Below, one piece after another: positions 41,401 through 53,160 of a DNA stretch of 64,000 bases. The stretch is from Macrostomum lignano (taxonomy: Eukaryota): assembly GCA_002269645.1 (NCBI GenBank), contig NIVC01002151.1:62001-126000 (forward strand), read 5' to 3'. Position numbers and translations under genes: made by a program. The notes beneath the pieces are model-generated. The model made no database searches, was not told the DNA's origin, and saw only the letters and a program-made list of their open reading frames with translations. The first letter of the stretch is position 1. The number at the start of each line of letters is the position of its first letter.

Positions 41401-44400
41401 TCGCAATCCGGGGATCAAGAAACGACGGTCGCGCTCTGGGATGTCTCAATCTAGGCTGAGCTCCCAGGAGGAGTAGTGGAGTTTGGTCCAAGCGGGCCAA
41501 AAACACCGGTTTAAATAGCCGCCAACTGGACCGCGGTTTGTTATAATGGAACACGTCAATTCTGATTGGCTGAGCCGATTTGTTAAAATGAGCGCCGAAT
41601 TTTCTGATTGGCTAAGCTTGTTGCTACCCAGAATCACGTGACCGGGAGATCCTATCAGTTCCCACAGGGTCGTAAAAAGATGACAGGTGCGGCCATTCTA
41701 AATATACTAAATCTTCTAATATACTAAAAGTCCTACCTTTGTTTGTTTGTCTGTCTGTTTGTGAATGACGCATTTAATACTGAATGCCTCAACCAAATTT
41801 GATCGCGTTTTTTTCTAAACCTGCAAAATTTTTCAATGATTAATAGCGATGGAAATTTTTTTATTAAGTAAAGCAATTAATTATTTTTGCTAATCGGCAC
41901 AAGCCACTAAGCAAATTTGATTTGTAAAACTGCTTCAAGTCTGGCTGATCTCATCAATGGGTGTTGCCTAGCTCCATTTAAAGTATGAAAGTGCTAAAAT
42001 GCAGACAATGCTGCTAAACTGCTGAAGGCATAGGCACAGCTAAATCCTGAGTTGTGCAAAAGTCCGCCGATATGTATCGAACACTGATTAATGAGTCGTA
42101 CTAAATGCTGAGAAATGTTTTAAATTGTTGAAAGGATCATTGCAAGTTTGCTGAGACTGAGGAGCCAGCCGAGAGAACTGCAGAATGCTTGGGGATGAAT
42201 GAAAATTCTTGAGGGAATAGTATAGGCTTCTCTTCGAAAATAGCCGCGTTGTAGAGGCAAAGCAGATGGTCGGCAATTGGAGTCTGCATTGAAGCTGAAA
42301 AATATACCTATAACTTTGAAATTTTGAAATTTTCATTGAATGATATTATTCTGGGACTGCAATAATCTTTTTGATCAGTGCCAATCTATTGTATGTGCTA
42401 ATTTGCAGAGAGCATTACTAATCTGGAAGAGTGGTGCTAATATGGAGGAGTAGTGCTAATCTTGGCAAAGTGTTGCTAATCTGGGCGGGGTGCTAATTAT
42501 TAGGGGTAGTGGTGCTAATCTGGGGGGGAAGTCTAGGGGCTCAGTAATGCTAATCTGAGGAGCGGTGCTAATCTGGGGGAGCGGTGCTATTCTGGGGAGC
42601 GGTGCTAATTTTGTATAAAACTGTGCTAATTTTTGGGAAGTTCTGCTAATTTTTGGGGAGTTGTGCTAATCTGGGGGTGGTGCTGATCTGGGGGAGTGGT
42701 ACTAATCTGGGAGCGGTGCTAATTTTGTATAAAACTGTGCTAATTTTTGGGAAGTTCTGCTAATTTTTGGGGAGTGGTGCGAATCTGGGGGAGTGGTGCT
42801 AATCTGGGGGGAGTGGTGCTAATCTGGGGGGAGTGGTGCTAATCTGGGGGGAGTGGTGCGAATCTGGGGGAGTGGTGCTAATCTGGGGGAGTGGTGCGAA
42901 TCTGGGGGAAGTAGTGCTAATCTGGAGGAAGTAGTGCTAATCTGGGGGAAGTAGTGCTAATCTAAGGGAGTGGTGCTATTTTTGGGGGAATGGTGCTAAT
43001 CCGGAAGAGTGGTGCTAATCTGGGGAAATAGTGCTAATCTAAGTGAGTAGTGCTAATCCAAGGGAGTGGTGCTATTTTTTGGGGAATGGTGCTAATCCGG
43101 AAGAGTGGTGCTAATCTGGGGAAATAGTGCTAATCTAAGTGAGTGGTGCTAATCTGGGGAAATAGTGCTAATCTAAGTGAGTAGTGCTAATCTGGGGGAG
43201 TGGTTCTAATCTAGGAAAATAGTGCTAATCTAAGTGAGTAGGGCTAATCTGGGGGAAGTAGTGCTAATCTAAGGGAGTGGTGCTATTTTTGGGGAGTGGT
43301 GCTAATCCGGGGGAGTGGTGCTAATCTGGGGGAGTTGTGCTAATCTGGGGGAGTGGTGCTAATCTGGGGGAGTGGTGCTAATCTGGGGGAGTGGTGCTGA
43401 TCTGGGGGAAGTAGTGCTAATCTGGGGAAATAGTGCTAATCTAAGTGAGTGGTGCTAATCCGGGGGAGTGGTGCTGATCTGGGGGAAGTAGTGCTAATCT
43501 AAGGGAGTGGTGCTGATCTGGGGGAAGTAGTGCTAATCTAAGGGAGTGGTGCTATTTTTTGGGGAGTGGTGCTAATCCGGGGGAGTGGTGCTGATCTGGG
43601 GGAAGTAGTGCTAATCTAAGAGAGTGGTGCTATTTTTTGGGGAGTGGTGCTAATCCGGGGGAGTGGTGCTAATCTGGGGGAGTTGTGCTAATCTGGGAGA
43701 GTGGTGCTAATCTCGAGAAAATGCAGGCTACTAAGAGATGACTGCAGTTTGTTTTCCGGGATTAGAAGGGTTAATTTCAGGTTGCTGTGGGGACAACTTC
43801 TGAGATGATAATAGTAGCCGCCTAATGGCTGTTTGGGAGTAGTGCTAATCTGTGGAAGTAGTGCTAATCTGGGCAGAGTGTTAATATCGGCAGAGTGTTT
43901 ATCTGGGCGGTGCTAATTGGTGGGGGCGTTGGGCTAATATGAGAAGAGTAGTGCTTATCTGGAGGAGTAGTCTTAATCTGGGAGGAATAGTGCTAATCTC
44001 GAGAGGAGAATTGCTAATCTGGAAATAGGTAGTGCTAATTAGGGGGAGTAGGGCTAATCTTTTTGGAGTTCTAATCTGGGAGAGTGGTGCTAATCTGAGG
44101 GAGTAGGGCTAATCTAGTGAGGATTGGTGCTAATCGGGTGGAGTGATGATAAACTGGGGAGAGTAGAGCGAATCTGATGGTAGTCATCGTGTCAGGTTTT
44201 TCGCTCAAATATTGCAAAATTCAATAATATTGCTATATTGCTAAATTCAATCAATCAATAATGCTATTAATAACAAGACTAACTCATGAAATAAAATAAC
44301 GAATAATGCTGAGAGGGCTATAAATGAATTAAAATTGCAAAGTTACAAACATTGAGAAATGTAACTTTTTTGAGTTTTTTTCTCTGTAAAATTGGTGTAA

Positions 44401-47400
44401 AACTACTTAGAGATTTGCTACTGTAGAACTGTTTGGACATTAGTGGCATTTGCTCAGCAACTGTGCAAACCTGCTTATAGTAAACAAGCGCTAAATTGCC
44501 AAGAAGCCACCCGGAGGGGGGCTAAATGGCTAGTCCAATATACTAAAAATGAAAATCTTGTTTGTTTGTTTGTACGCAATCGATTAGAGAAAAAATGGCT
44601 GGACCGATTTTGTTCGAACTTGCACTGTTCGATCAAAAATTTTCCCGTGACAGTACATGCATCGTGGCTAAGAAATTGCTCGATGCTAAAGGCATTAAAT
44701 ATTCGAAAAACATGCTTTTTTGCAAAGGTCAAGCAAACTTTTCGACTTGAAATGCATTGTAAGAATGCTAGAGAAAAAACTGACTGGTTGAATTCTGATT
44801 CTGAAATAGATTGCATCATAACTGAATTGTAACTCCGACTTGAATTGAAAATGCAGAGTGGAAGCGTAGCACCAGACTTGATTTAAATTGCGTAACCATA
44901 TTGTTAACTGATACTGACTGACTGAGAAACTGATTATGTCATAACTGCTTCGTGTGATTTACTCTATGCTTGGATTTTAAAGTGTTGAATTATATAAGTG
45001 CAAAATTTGATGTTATCAAAACGATGAGAGCTAGCCTAGAGGTGAACAAACTGAACTGCTAAATGTAGCGACGATGGTTCGAATTTTCATAGAGTATAAT
45101 TTTTTTAATTAAAGCTTTTCAACGTCAGGAAAACTAAAAGACTTTTTAAAAAGAAGCGTCATGTAAAAATCATAGAAGCGTCATTTAAAAAATCATAGAA
45201 GCGTCATGTAAAAAATCATAGAAGCGTCATGTAAAAAATCATAGAAGCGTCATGTAAAAAATCATAGAAGCGTCATGTAAAAAATCATAGAAGCGTCATG
45301 TAAAAAATCATAGAAGCGTCATATAAACAATCATAGAAGCGTCATGTAAACAATCATGGAAGCGCCATGTAAAAATCATAGAAGCGTCATGTAAACAATC
45401 ATAGAAGCGTCATGTAAACAATCATAGAAGCGCCATGTAAAAAATTGTAGAAGCGTCATGTAAACAATCATAGAAGCGTCATGTAAAAATCATAGAAGCG
45501 TCATGTAAAAAATCGTAGAAGCGTCATTTGAAAATCATAGAAGCGTTATTTAAAAAAATCATAGAAGCGTTATTTTTAAAAATCATAGAAGCGTTATTTA
45601 AAAAAATCATAGAAGCGTCATGTAAACAATCATAGAAACGTCATGTAAACAATCATAGAAGCGTCATGTAAAAAATCATAGAAGCGTCATGTAAAAAATC
45701 ATAGAAGCGTCATATAAAAAGCATAGAAGCGTCATGTAAACAATCATAGAAGCGTCATGTAAAAAAATCATAGAAACGTCATGTAAACAATCATAGAAGC
45801 GTCATGTAAAAAATCATGGAAGCGTCATGTAAAAAATCATAAAAGCGTCATGTAAAAAATCATAGAAGCGTCATATAAAAAGCATAGAAGCGTCATGTAA
45901 ACAATCATAGAAGCGTCATGTAAAAAATCATAGGAGCGTCATGAAAAAATCATAGAAGCCTCATTTAAAAACTAATGAAAGTGTCATTTAAAAAATTAAG
46001 AAGCATCATGGTAGAATAAAAGAAGCGTCATGTCAGACATGAAGGGTGTCATGTAAAAATTAAATGCAGCTATAATGCTGTGCTGGGGAGAAAAACTGAG
46101 ACGTAAAGGCTCTCAGAGAATAACTGATCAGAGAATAACTGAGATTACGGAGGGGGGGGGTTTCTGAGATGTCAAAGCAAAAGTCAGAAGCTACTTCAAA
46201 GTTCATGTACTTTACTCAATTTTTTTATTGCATTCTTTGTTGGCTCGCCACGGGGGCGCTGATAGAAGAAGAGTCATGTAAAAAATAAAAGTAGCACTAT
46301 GTATACATAAAAGAAAAGTCATGTCGAAGTTAAAAGATTCATTTGGGAATTGCTACGATGTCAAAGCTTGGTGGAAATCGTTATAGTGCTGTGATTCTTA
46401 AAGAAGGAATCACTAAAATGTCAAGGCTTAGGGGAGAAGAATTGCTGAGATTTCAAGGCTTTAGGTTGGGTTAAAGTTAGGTTTAGGTCAGGTTTGGGTT
46501 GAGGGTTATATTTTATCGGGTTTCAAGGTTAACAGGGGATTTTTTAGATTTCAAGGTTAATGGGGGCCATCGCTGACATGTCAAGGCTTACAAGAAGCTT
46601 CATGTCGAAGTTAAGAGATTCATTTGGGAATCCCTACGATGTCGAGGCTTGCAGGGAATCGCTATGATGCTGTAGTAGTGCTATAATGACTCTTAGAGAG
46701 AATTACTGAAATTTCAATGCTTTAGGGTTAGGGTTATGGTTAGGGTTAGGGTTAGGGTTAGGGTTAGGGTTAGGGTTAGGCTAGGGTTAGGGTTAGAAGG
46801 TTGACAGATATTTTTAGATTTCCAAGGCTTATTGGGGGCATTGCTGAGATGTCAAGGGGGGAAGTTGATATGTTAAAGCTTGTGGGGGGGGGGAAATTAC
46901 TGACATGTCAAGGCTTACAAGGTTTGACAGGAGATTTTTTAAGATTTCAAGGATACATGTAGCTTATTAAAAAAACGTGTATTGCATTTCTTTGGCTCCC
47001 CAACGGGGGGCGTAGATTGCTAGTAAATCACTCAAAATCGCAACAAAATGATTTATGACTTTTCGCGTAGGATTGACAGAAATTAATGAAAAAATATACA
47101 TTAGAAAGCTCTTATTAAATAGAAAGTGAAGATAATGAAGAGAAACCGCTAATCGCTAATCCCAAAGTACTTTTAGGGGTAAAACGCTTAGCTGTCACAC
47201 GCTTGAGTGAACACGAACAATAGGCTCTGACCTCATAAATCTTAATGGCCTGTTAAAATGATGAGAAAAAAGCTACCGCCCGCGTCCTCTCAGACCATTT
47301 GGCGCCCGCCTCAACACTGAGTGAGGCGCAGGTGGCTGTCAGACCAGCTTCGAAAGCGATGATTTATGACCCAAAAAGCTGCGCCTATGTTATTATGACT

Positions 47401-50400
47401 ACTAGTATGACCAAACATTATATCTAGTATAGATTCTATGACAATTCGCAGAAAAAGGATAAAAATGCCCATTGCCCACTGTTAGTAGGCTAGTAAGTTT
47501 AGAGCCCATGTGCTAGCGCGGGCTTTGGAAAAAAGTGCGTCCTCATCATTTAGCTTAATTTAATGATGGCCCTCCTCCAAGCTTTGGGAAAATAGCCCAG
47601 AAGAAAGCTATCCTAGCATTGAAGATTCTTGCTAAAAATTTGATAGAGTCGGGGCTGAGCCCGAGCATAATTATAAGCAATGCAATAATCAGGACCAGGG
47701 GCCCATCCCGATCTGAGCTTTTTGGTTTCCATGAGGACATTGATGTTGAGGAGTTCGGATTCTGTGTCTTCCCTGTCTGGGTAGCTTGGATCTGCTCTAG
47801 CCCGGTACGAGAGAGCTCTAATATATAATGCTGTCGTGGGGGCGGAATGTTTCATTGGACTCAACGTCCTTAATTTATCCTGATAAAAATTCAAGTTCTT
47901 ATCCAGATGGGGCTGCATTTTATCATTGAGAAAGTCTTCAAATAAGTTAGCCGTATCTTCCTCTGTTTCAGCTGTGATTCCCTTGTAACTAAGGTTGGGA
48001 AAGATAACCAATTCCCGGGAACAATACCCTTGACCTCTGGACCACTTACTTGTAGGAACATCCTTGACCTACGAACTACTAGGTGAACTACTAAGAGTAG
48101 TCTAAAAGCGTATGTGCTTTTATAAAACCTTATTATAATATTCCCAGTATGCTGGCGCTGTCAGCATTGTGCTGATCGTGGAAATCGCCGGTGGAATCGC
48201 TGCCGGAGTCTTCAGGGCCCAGATTGGCACAGAGATGCTGCCTACACTCAGGCGGCTGGAAGCCACCCGCTACCTGCCAATTAACCTGGCCGTCAGCAAC
48301 GACAGCAATCCTAACGCTGTGTTTTCCTCGCTAGTTAACTACGCTCAGGTGTCGGTAAGTAAAAATACCAACTTAATAAACTTGAAAAAAATATAAAATT
48401 TTATTGTAATAAAAAGCCAGAATAATAAAAATCTAGTATTTTTACTATTAGTAAAGTACATAATATTTTAGATCGTTAAGTTTTAAAATTGCGCTAACTA
48501 TTTTCCCTATATTTCTACTTAAAGTACTGTAGTTAGTAAATTATAATTAATTGATAATTATTATTAATTTTATACAAGCAACATTCTATAATTATTACTA
48601 CAAGTAAGGTATAATAAAAATGCTAAATATATATATTATGAGTAAATTGTATTTTAACTAATATTACTGTTTTCTCGGCCTATTAGAAAGTACATGTAAG
48701 CATTTGTAATTTGTTGCGGGTAATAAGACTATAAATAGCTCGTATAAATATTTACACAAGTTTTCTGCACATATTCAACTAAATGTACAAGGCTGAAAAA
48801 CATGTACTACTCAGAATTTATGTGCATGTCCTACATTCCAGATGTCTTGCTGCGGTGTCTCCAGCATGTCAGACATAACTGGCGTCAACACGCTGTGGAC
48901 CAACTCCAGTCGGCAGTACAATGGCAAGACCATCGTTGTGCCGGTCACGTGCTGCAAGATGAACAAAAAAGACGAGCTGCTGTCCCACCAGAATTGGACT
49001 CGGATTGATGACTATCTGATTGATAGGAATTGTCCCTACAATGCTAGCAGCTCGCAGATTAATAAGGAGGTAAGTTCACGGGTCGGGTTGCTCGCAGTCC
49101 CATGGGGAGGTGGGGCTACGGGGCGGTGAAACTACGGGTGGTGGGGCTACGGGGTGGTGGGGCTACGGGTGGTGGGGCTATGGGGTGTTGGGGCTATGGG
49201 TGTTGGGGCTATGGGTGTTGGGGCTACGGGGTAGTGGGGCTACGGGGGCAGTGGGGCTATGGGGTGTTGGGGCTAAGGGTGGTGGGGCTACGGGGTGGTG
49301 GAGCTACGGGTGGTGGGGCTACGGGTGGTGGGGCTACGGGGTGGTGGAGCCACGGGTGGTGGAGCCACGGGTGGTGGGGCTACGGGGTGTGGGGCTACCG
49401 GGGTGGTGGGGCTACGGGGTGTGGGGCTACCTGGGTGGTGGGGCTACGGGGAGGTGGGGCTACGGGGTGGTGGGGCTACGGGGTGTGGGGCTACCGGGGT
49501 GGTGGGGCTACGGGGTGGTGGGGCTACGGGGTGTGGGGCTACGGGGTGTGGGGCTACCTGGGTGGTGGGGCTACCGGGGTGGTGGGGCTACCTGGGTGGT
49601 GGGGCTTCCGGGGTGGTGGGGCTACCTGGGTGGTGGGGCTACCGGGGTGGTGGAGCTGTGATCGGATTTTGGGGTAGTAGGTAGGTTATAAATCATTTTT
49701 AAATTACGAGAGTAATTCACTAAAAATTTTTTAGCCTGACACATGATCTGATGGTACATGTACATTGTAAGTACTGAAAACCAATGCTCTAAACACCGTG
49801 TGTGCACTGACGAAAGGGTGCCGCATCCTCCCGGCCCCCAATTCACCGGATCTGTCCGAGCGACTTCCACAGCTGTTTCAACATCTGAAGGTTTGAGGGA
49901 TGATGAGCGCTGATCAAGGATGTCACAAGTGCAGAAAAAACTAAGCAATCCTGCCTGATTTGCTCAGAACTTTTTAATCAGTGATATTAGGTCCAATCAG
50001 ATTCGAAATTTCTATGCCAACTTCCAGGGCTGCTACGATAAACTGAATTCCTATATCGATCGCTACACCTTAGCCATCATAGTGGTTGGAATTCTGGTTG
50101 GAATGTTTGAGGTAAGCGACATCTATAACAACCATATAGGATGCCAAGTTTGATGCATTCTTGATGCAGCAAAAAAACCTGCCACAAGAGGTGACAATCA
50201 AGTTTTGCGATGGCGCGCAACTCCAAAGATAAAATGGACACATCAATATCCACCTTGGGCATACCCTATCATGAAGTAGACACACTCAGTCATGAAGTAG
50301 ACACACTCAGTCATGAAGTAGACACACTCAGTCATGAAGTATTGACACACTCAGTCATGAAGTAGACACACTCACTCATGAAGTAGACACACTCAGACAT

Positions 50401-50871
50401 GAGGTATAGACATACTCAGACATGAGGTATAGACACACTCAGACATGAGGTATAGACACACTCAGACATGAGGTATAGACACACTCAGACATGAGGTATA
50501 GACACACTCAGACATGAGGTATAGACACACTCAGACATGAGGTATAGACACACTCAGACATGAGGTATAGACACACTCAGACATGAGGTATAGACACACT
50601 CAGACATGAGGTATAGACACACTCAGACATGAGGTATAGACACACTCAGACATGAGGTATAGACACACTCAGACCTGAGGTATAGACACACTCAGACATG
50701 AGGTATAGACACACTCAGACATGAAGTAGACACATACAATCATTTTAGAGGACATAGTCGAACAGTAAAAAGCACTGATCAATCATACAATAAAACCGAT
50801 TGCAGATCATCTGTGTAGTCATGGCTTGCAGCATGGTTCAGAAGATTCGCAGCGAAAGGCAGAATGTGTAA
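38454..50871 (+). CDS. Tetraspanin (296 aa). Exons 38454-38759, 48148-48354, 48842-49069, 50028-50111, 50806-50871
   Basis: Four TM segments, GFCGCCGAIRESSCLL motif, large extracellular loop with CCG, PVTCC and a final GC. All introns are phase 0 and GT-AG; 891 nt total. Confidence 0.93.
38905..39370. repeat. About 32-bp minisatellite (TTGACCTTTAACCAATTCCCTGGGAAAATATCC)n; resumes at 48005-48075
   Basis: Direct reading at both ends of tetraspanin intron 1. Confidence 0.9.
42410..44150. repeat. About 20-bp satellite (GTGGTGCTAATCTGGGGGGA)n with degenerate flanks
   Basis: Direct reading. Confidence 0.92.
44450..44800 (+). mobile_element. Possible non-autonomous Helitron-like fragment
   Basis: GC-rich segment ending in ...ggctag, followed by tccaatatactaaaaatgaaaatcttgtttgtttgtttgtacgc...ggaccgattttg. 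This resembles 5' ends of Lep1-type Helitrons from memory. A related piece lies at about 41710-41810. Confidence 0.3.
45150..46060. repeat. About 23-bp minisatellite (TAGAAGCGTCATGTAAAAAATCA)n
   Basis: Direct reading. Confidence 0.95.
46140..47030. mobile_element. Dispersed repeat, copy B, with internal telomeric array
   Basis: Homologous to 33855-35380 by shared blocks. Confidence 0.7.
46722..46796 (+). repeat. Interstitial telomeric (TTAGGG)n, about 12 units
   Basis: Direct reading. Confidence 0.93.
49100..49655 (+). repeat. G-rich 16-17-bp minisatellite (GGGGCTACGGGGTGGT)n in tetraspanin intron 3
   Basis: Direct reading; source of the Gly/Trp-rich ORFs 49102-49684. Confidence 0.93.
50268..50735. 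repeat. 23-bp minisatellite (GACACACTCAGACATGAGGTATA)n in tetraspanin intron 4
   Basis: Period 23 (50461 to 50484). Confidence 0.95.
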
Positions 50872-51714
50872 CTAATTCGGCAGAATGTGTACAAAAAGGG
50901 AGAAATAAACAAAATGTTAGTGTTTGAGTTTTTAAAAGCCTGTTTACATAAACCATTTAGCTATTTAAAAGCTGACGGAATCCTTTCCTTTTATTGAATA
51001 ATTATAAATTTAAATCGCAGGTATTGTTTTGTTTTAACTCAACGCAATTAACTAATAAAATCATTTATATAGCTACTAGCCATTTATAACATAATTTCGT
51101 TATTGTTATTGATTATACCTGAACATGGTTATTCTGTAGAACTCAAACATTTTTTAATTAAAAAAACTGATGAATATTTGCGACCGTTTCGTGACGCTTT
51201 AACTTTATTTTGTTTTTTTTCTCAACTTTTAATTCTTTAATTTGTTACTAGCTGATCTGTATAATCAATTAATATTATTGACTGCACAAATTAAGACAAT
51301 TAGTTATTGATATTAAGCCAAAATATATATTTTGCTTTGTACTTTGACATGACTGGTACATATTAAATATAAAAGTATTGCTAATTAATCTCATTTTTAT
51401 CAGCTTCGCAATGAAAAATGTCAAAACCATTTTGCTTTGCTAAAGTTTGCTTGTATAACAATAATTGAACTATTTTTTATCAAGCGTATAAAAATAAAAC
51501 AAAAAAACTACTTGTAATATTTCAAAGTTAATAATATGGCTGACGTCTAATTTGCTTTTAGTCCACGATGATAAATATATTAAAACTATAGCTAATGATA
51601 CTTTAATTTGCTATAGCCAGAAAAACTGCATCTGATCACTCATTTTATATGAAGGCATTAGATGATTAGAGCAATAGAAAATCTACTTTAGGCTATTAAA
51701 AACAACAACAGTGA

Positions 51715-53160
51715 CCGGGGCGCCGGCATCAGCCAGAAGGCAGTCGACGAAACGCCGAGTACGCGCCTGCCCCGGCCGGTAGGGTGCTGCAAGGTCAGCA
51801 GCAGCACCTCCTACACCGGCTCTGGGCAGTACGACTCGGTGCGGATGATGTGGCCTGCCAGCTGGAGTCGTCGACGGCGCAACAGTTCGCTGGGACGGGA
51901 CAGGCTGGTGCCGCATTGGTGACTTGCTCGTAGCCGATCTTGAAGGCAGCGCGCAGCAGGCCAGCGCGCAAATCCCTCAGCGTCCAGGTCTCGGCGTTGT
52001 ACAACAGGACGGTCTCGATCACCGCCTGGAACAACGCCGCCCTCTGGCGGCAGGCAGGGCATCGGACTTCAGGAGAGCCCTCTCGGAACGAAAGGCAGCC
52101 CAGGCAAGCCCGCGTCGACGCCGCAAATCCTCGCGGACGTCGGGAACCAGACCGCCGAGGTAGACGAACTGCTGATAACGCGGAAGCACTGTCACCTGTC
52201 GTAGCCTAGATGTCGTCCGGCACGCAGAGCACGACCGTTTTCTGCGTGTTGACCACCAGGCTGACACTCGCTGCAACAGCAACTACTAGCTTGTCCAGTT
52301 GTCGCTGGGCGCCCTCGACAGTTGAGGACAGCAGGGCGAGATCGTCAGCGTAGCCAAACACGCTGAGCCGCCTCTCCGGTTGACGTCGACCTACACGTCA
52401 ATTAGCGGTCCGCAGCACCCAGTCAAGCACCAGAACGAACAGGAACGGCGTAAGCGTATCTCCCTGAAGCACCCCGGAGGATGTCACAAAGAAGTCCGAT
52501 AGGCCGTCCGGTGTTGAAACACAGCTTTCGAATCACGGTTCATCGCCATGATGGCGGAAATCAGCTGCTCTGGCACGTTGTACGCACGGAGCACCTTTTG
52601 GGAGCACAGACCTGACGACCCAGTCGAATGCCTTCTTGAAATCTATGAAGATAACAATCAAGATCGACTGGCGTATCTCGCGCATCCTCGATGACTCGCC
52701 GAAGAGCCAAAATCTGCGTCACTGTGCCGTGATGGGGCCGCGGAAGCCGTTCTTCCAGGACGCAGGTACGCGGATCCGGCAACGGGCTGCAACCGCAATA
52801 GCAGCATCCGGTTGAACAACTTCGCAGCGCAGGACTAAAGGCAGATGCCTCGGCGCTCCTCTAGCGCTATGGTGCCGGGCTTCTTCGGGAATAGCGCCTC
52901 ACCGAAAAGCGGTTCATTCAAGGACCACTGAAGTCACTTTGTTAAACACCAGTGGATGAGCAGCGCCTCGATGGACACCTCGTTCGGACGCAGCGCTTTG
53001 CCGCCAGGGCGAGGGCGAGCATCACAACGTCGGCTGTGCTGCCTGGGGCTACATTGAGACTTTCCTCTGTCGGCAACGTCGCCTACCACGGCAGCCTCAG
53101 ATCTTTTTGGCAGCGGGTGCGGCGGCGTGTTGACGATGGCGGCGAAAAACTCGGCCAGCT
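51715..53160 (-). mobile_element. Decayed RTE-like non-LTR retrotransposon, reverse-transcriptase region
   Basis: Minus strand: GVLQGDTLTPFLFVLVLDWV, FGYADDLALLSST, VNTQKTVV, QQFVYLGG, FQAVIETVLLYNAETWTL, LAGHIIR. Many frameshifts. Confidence 0.85.

Larger units (their letters stand above)
39371..48004 (-). mobile_element. 5'-truncated, decayed non-LTR retrotransposon (LINE), interrupted by about 6.8 kb of nested repeats at about 40790-47555
   Basis: Minus-strand ORF2 remnants in canonical order. At 48000-47560: TANLFEDF, APGPD, GYFPKAWRRAIIKL. At 40750-40100: YRPTSLTSCLGKLF, QCAYR, GVFFDANGAFDGV, GVLSPLL, FADD (about 40360-40371), VTFLGITLD. (AATG)n-like tail at 39371-39388. Multiple stops and frameshifts. 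Confidence 0.85.

Noticed and set aside
49102-49684. Gly/Trp/Tyr-rich ORFs resembling structural or eggshell proteins
   Set aside because: They lie within tetraspanin intron 3 and are translations of a G-rich minisatellite.
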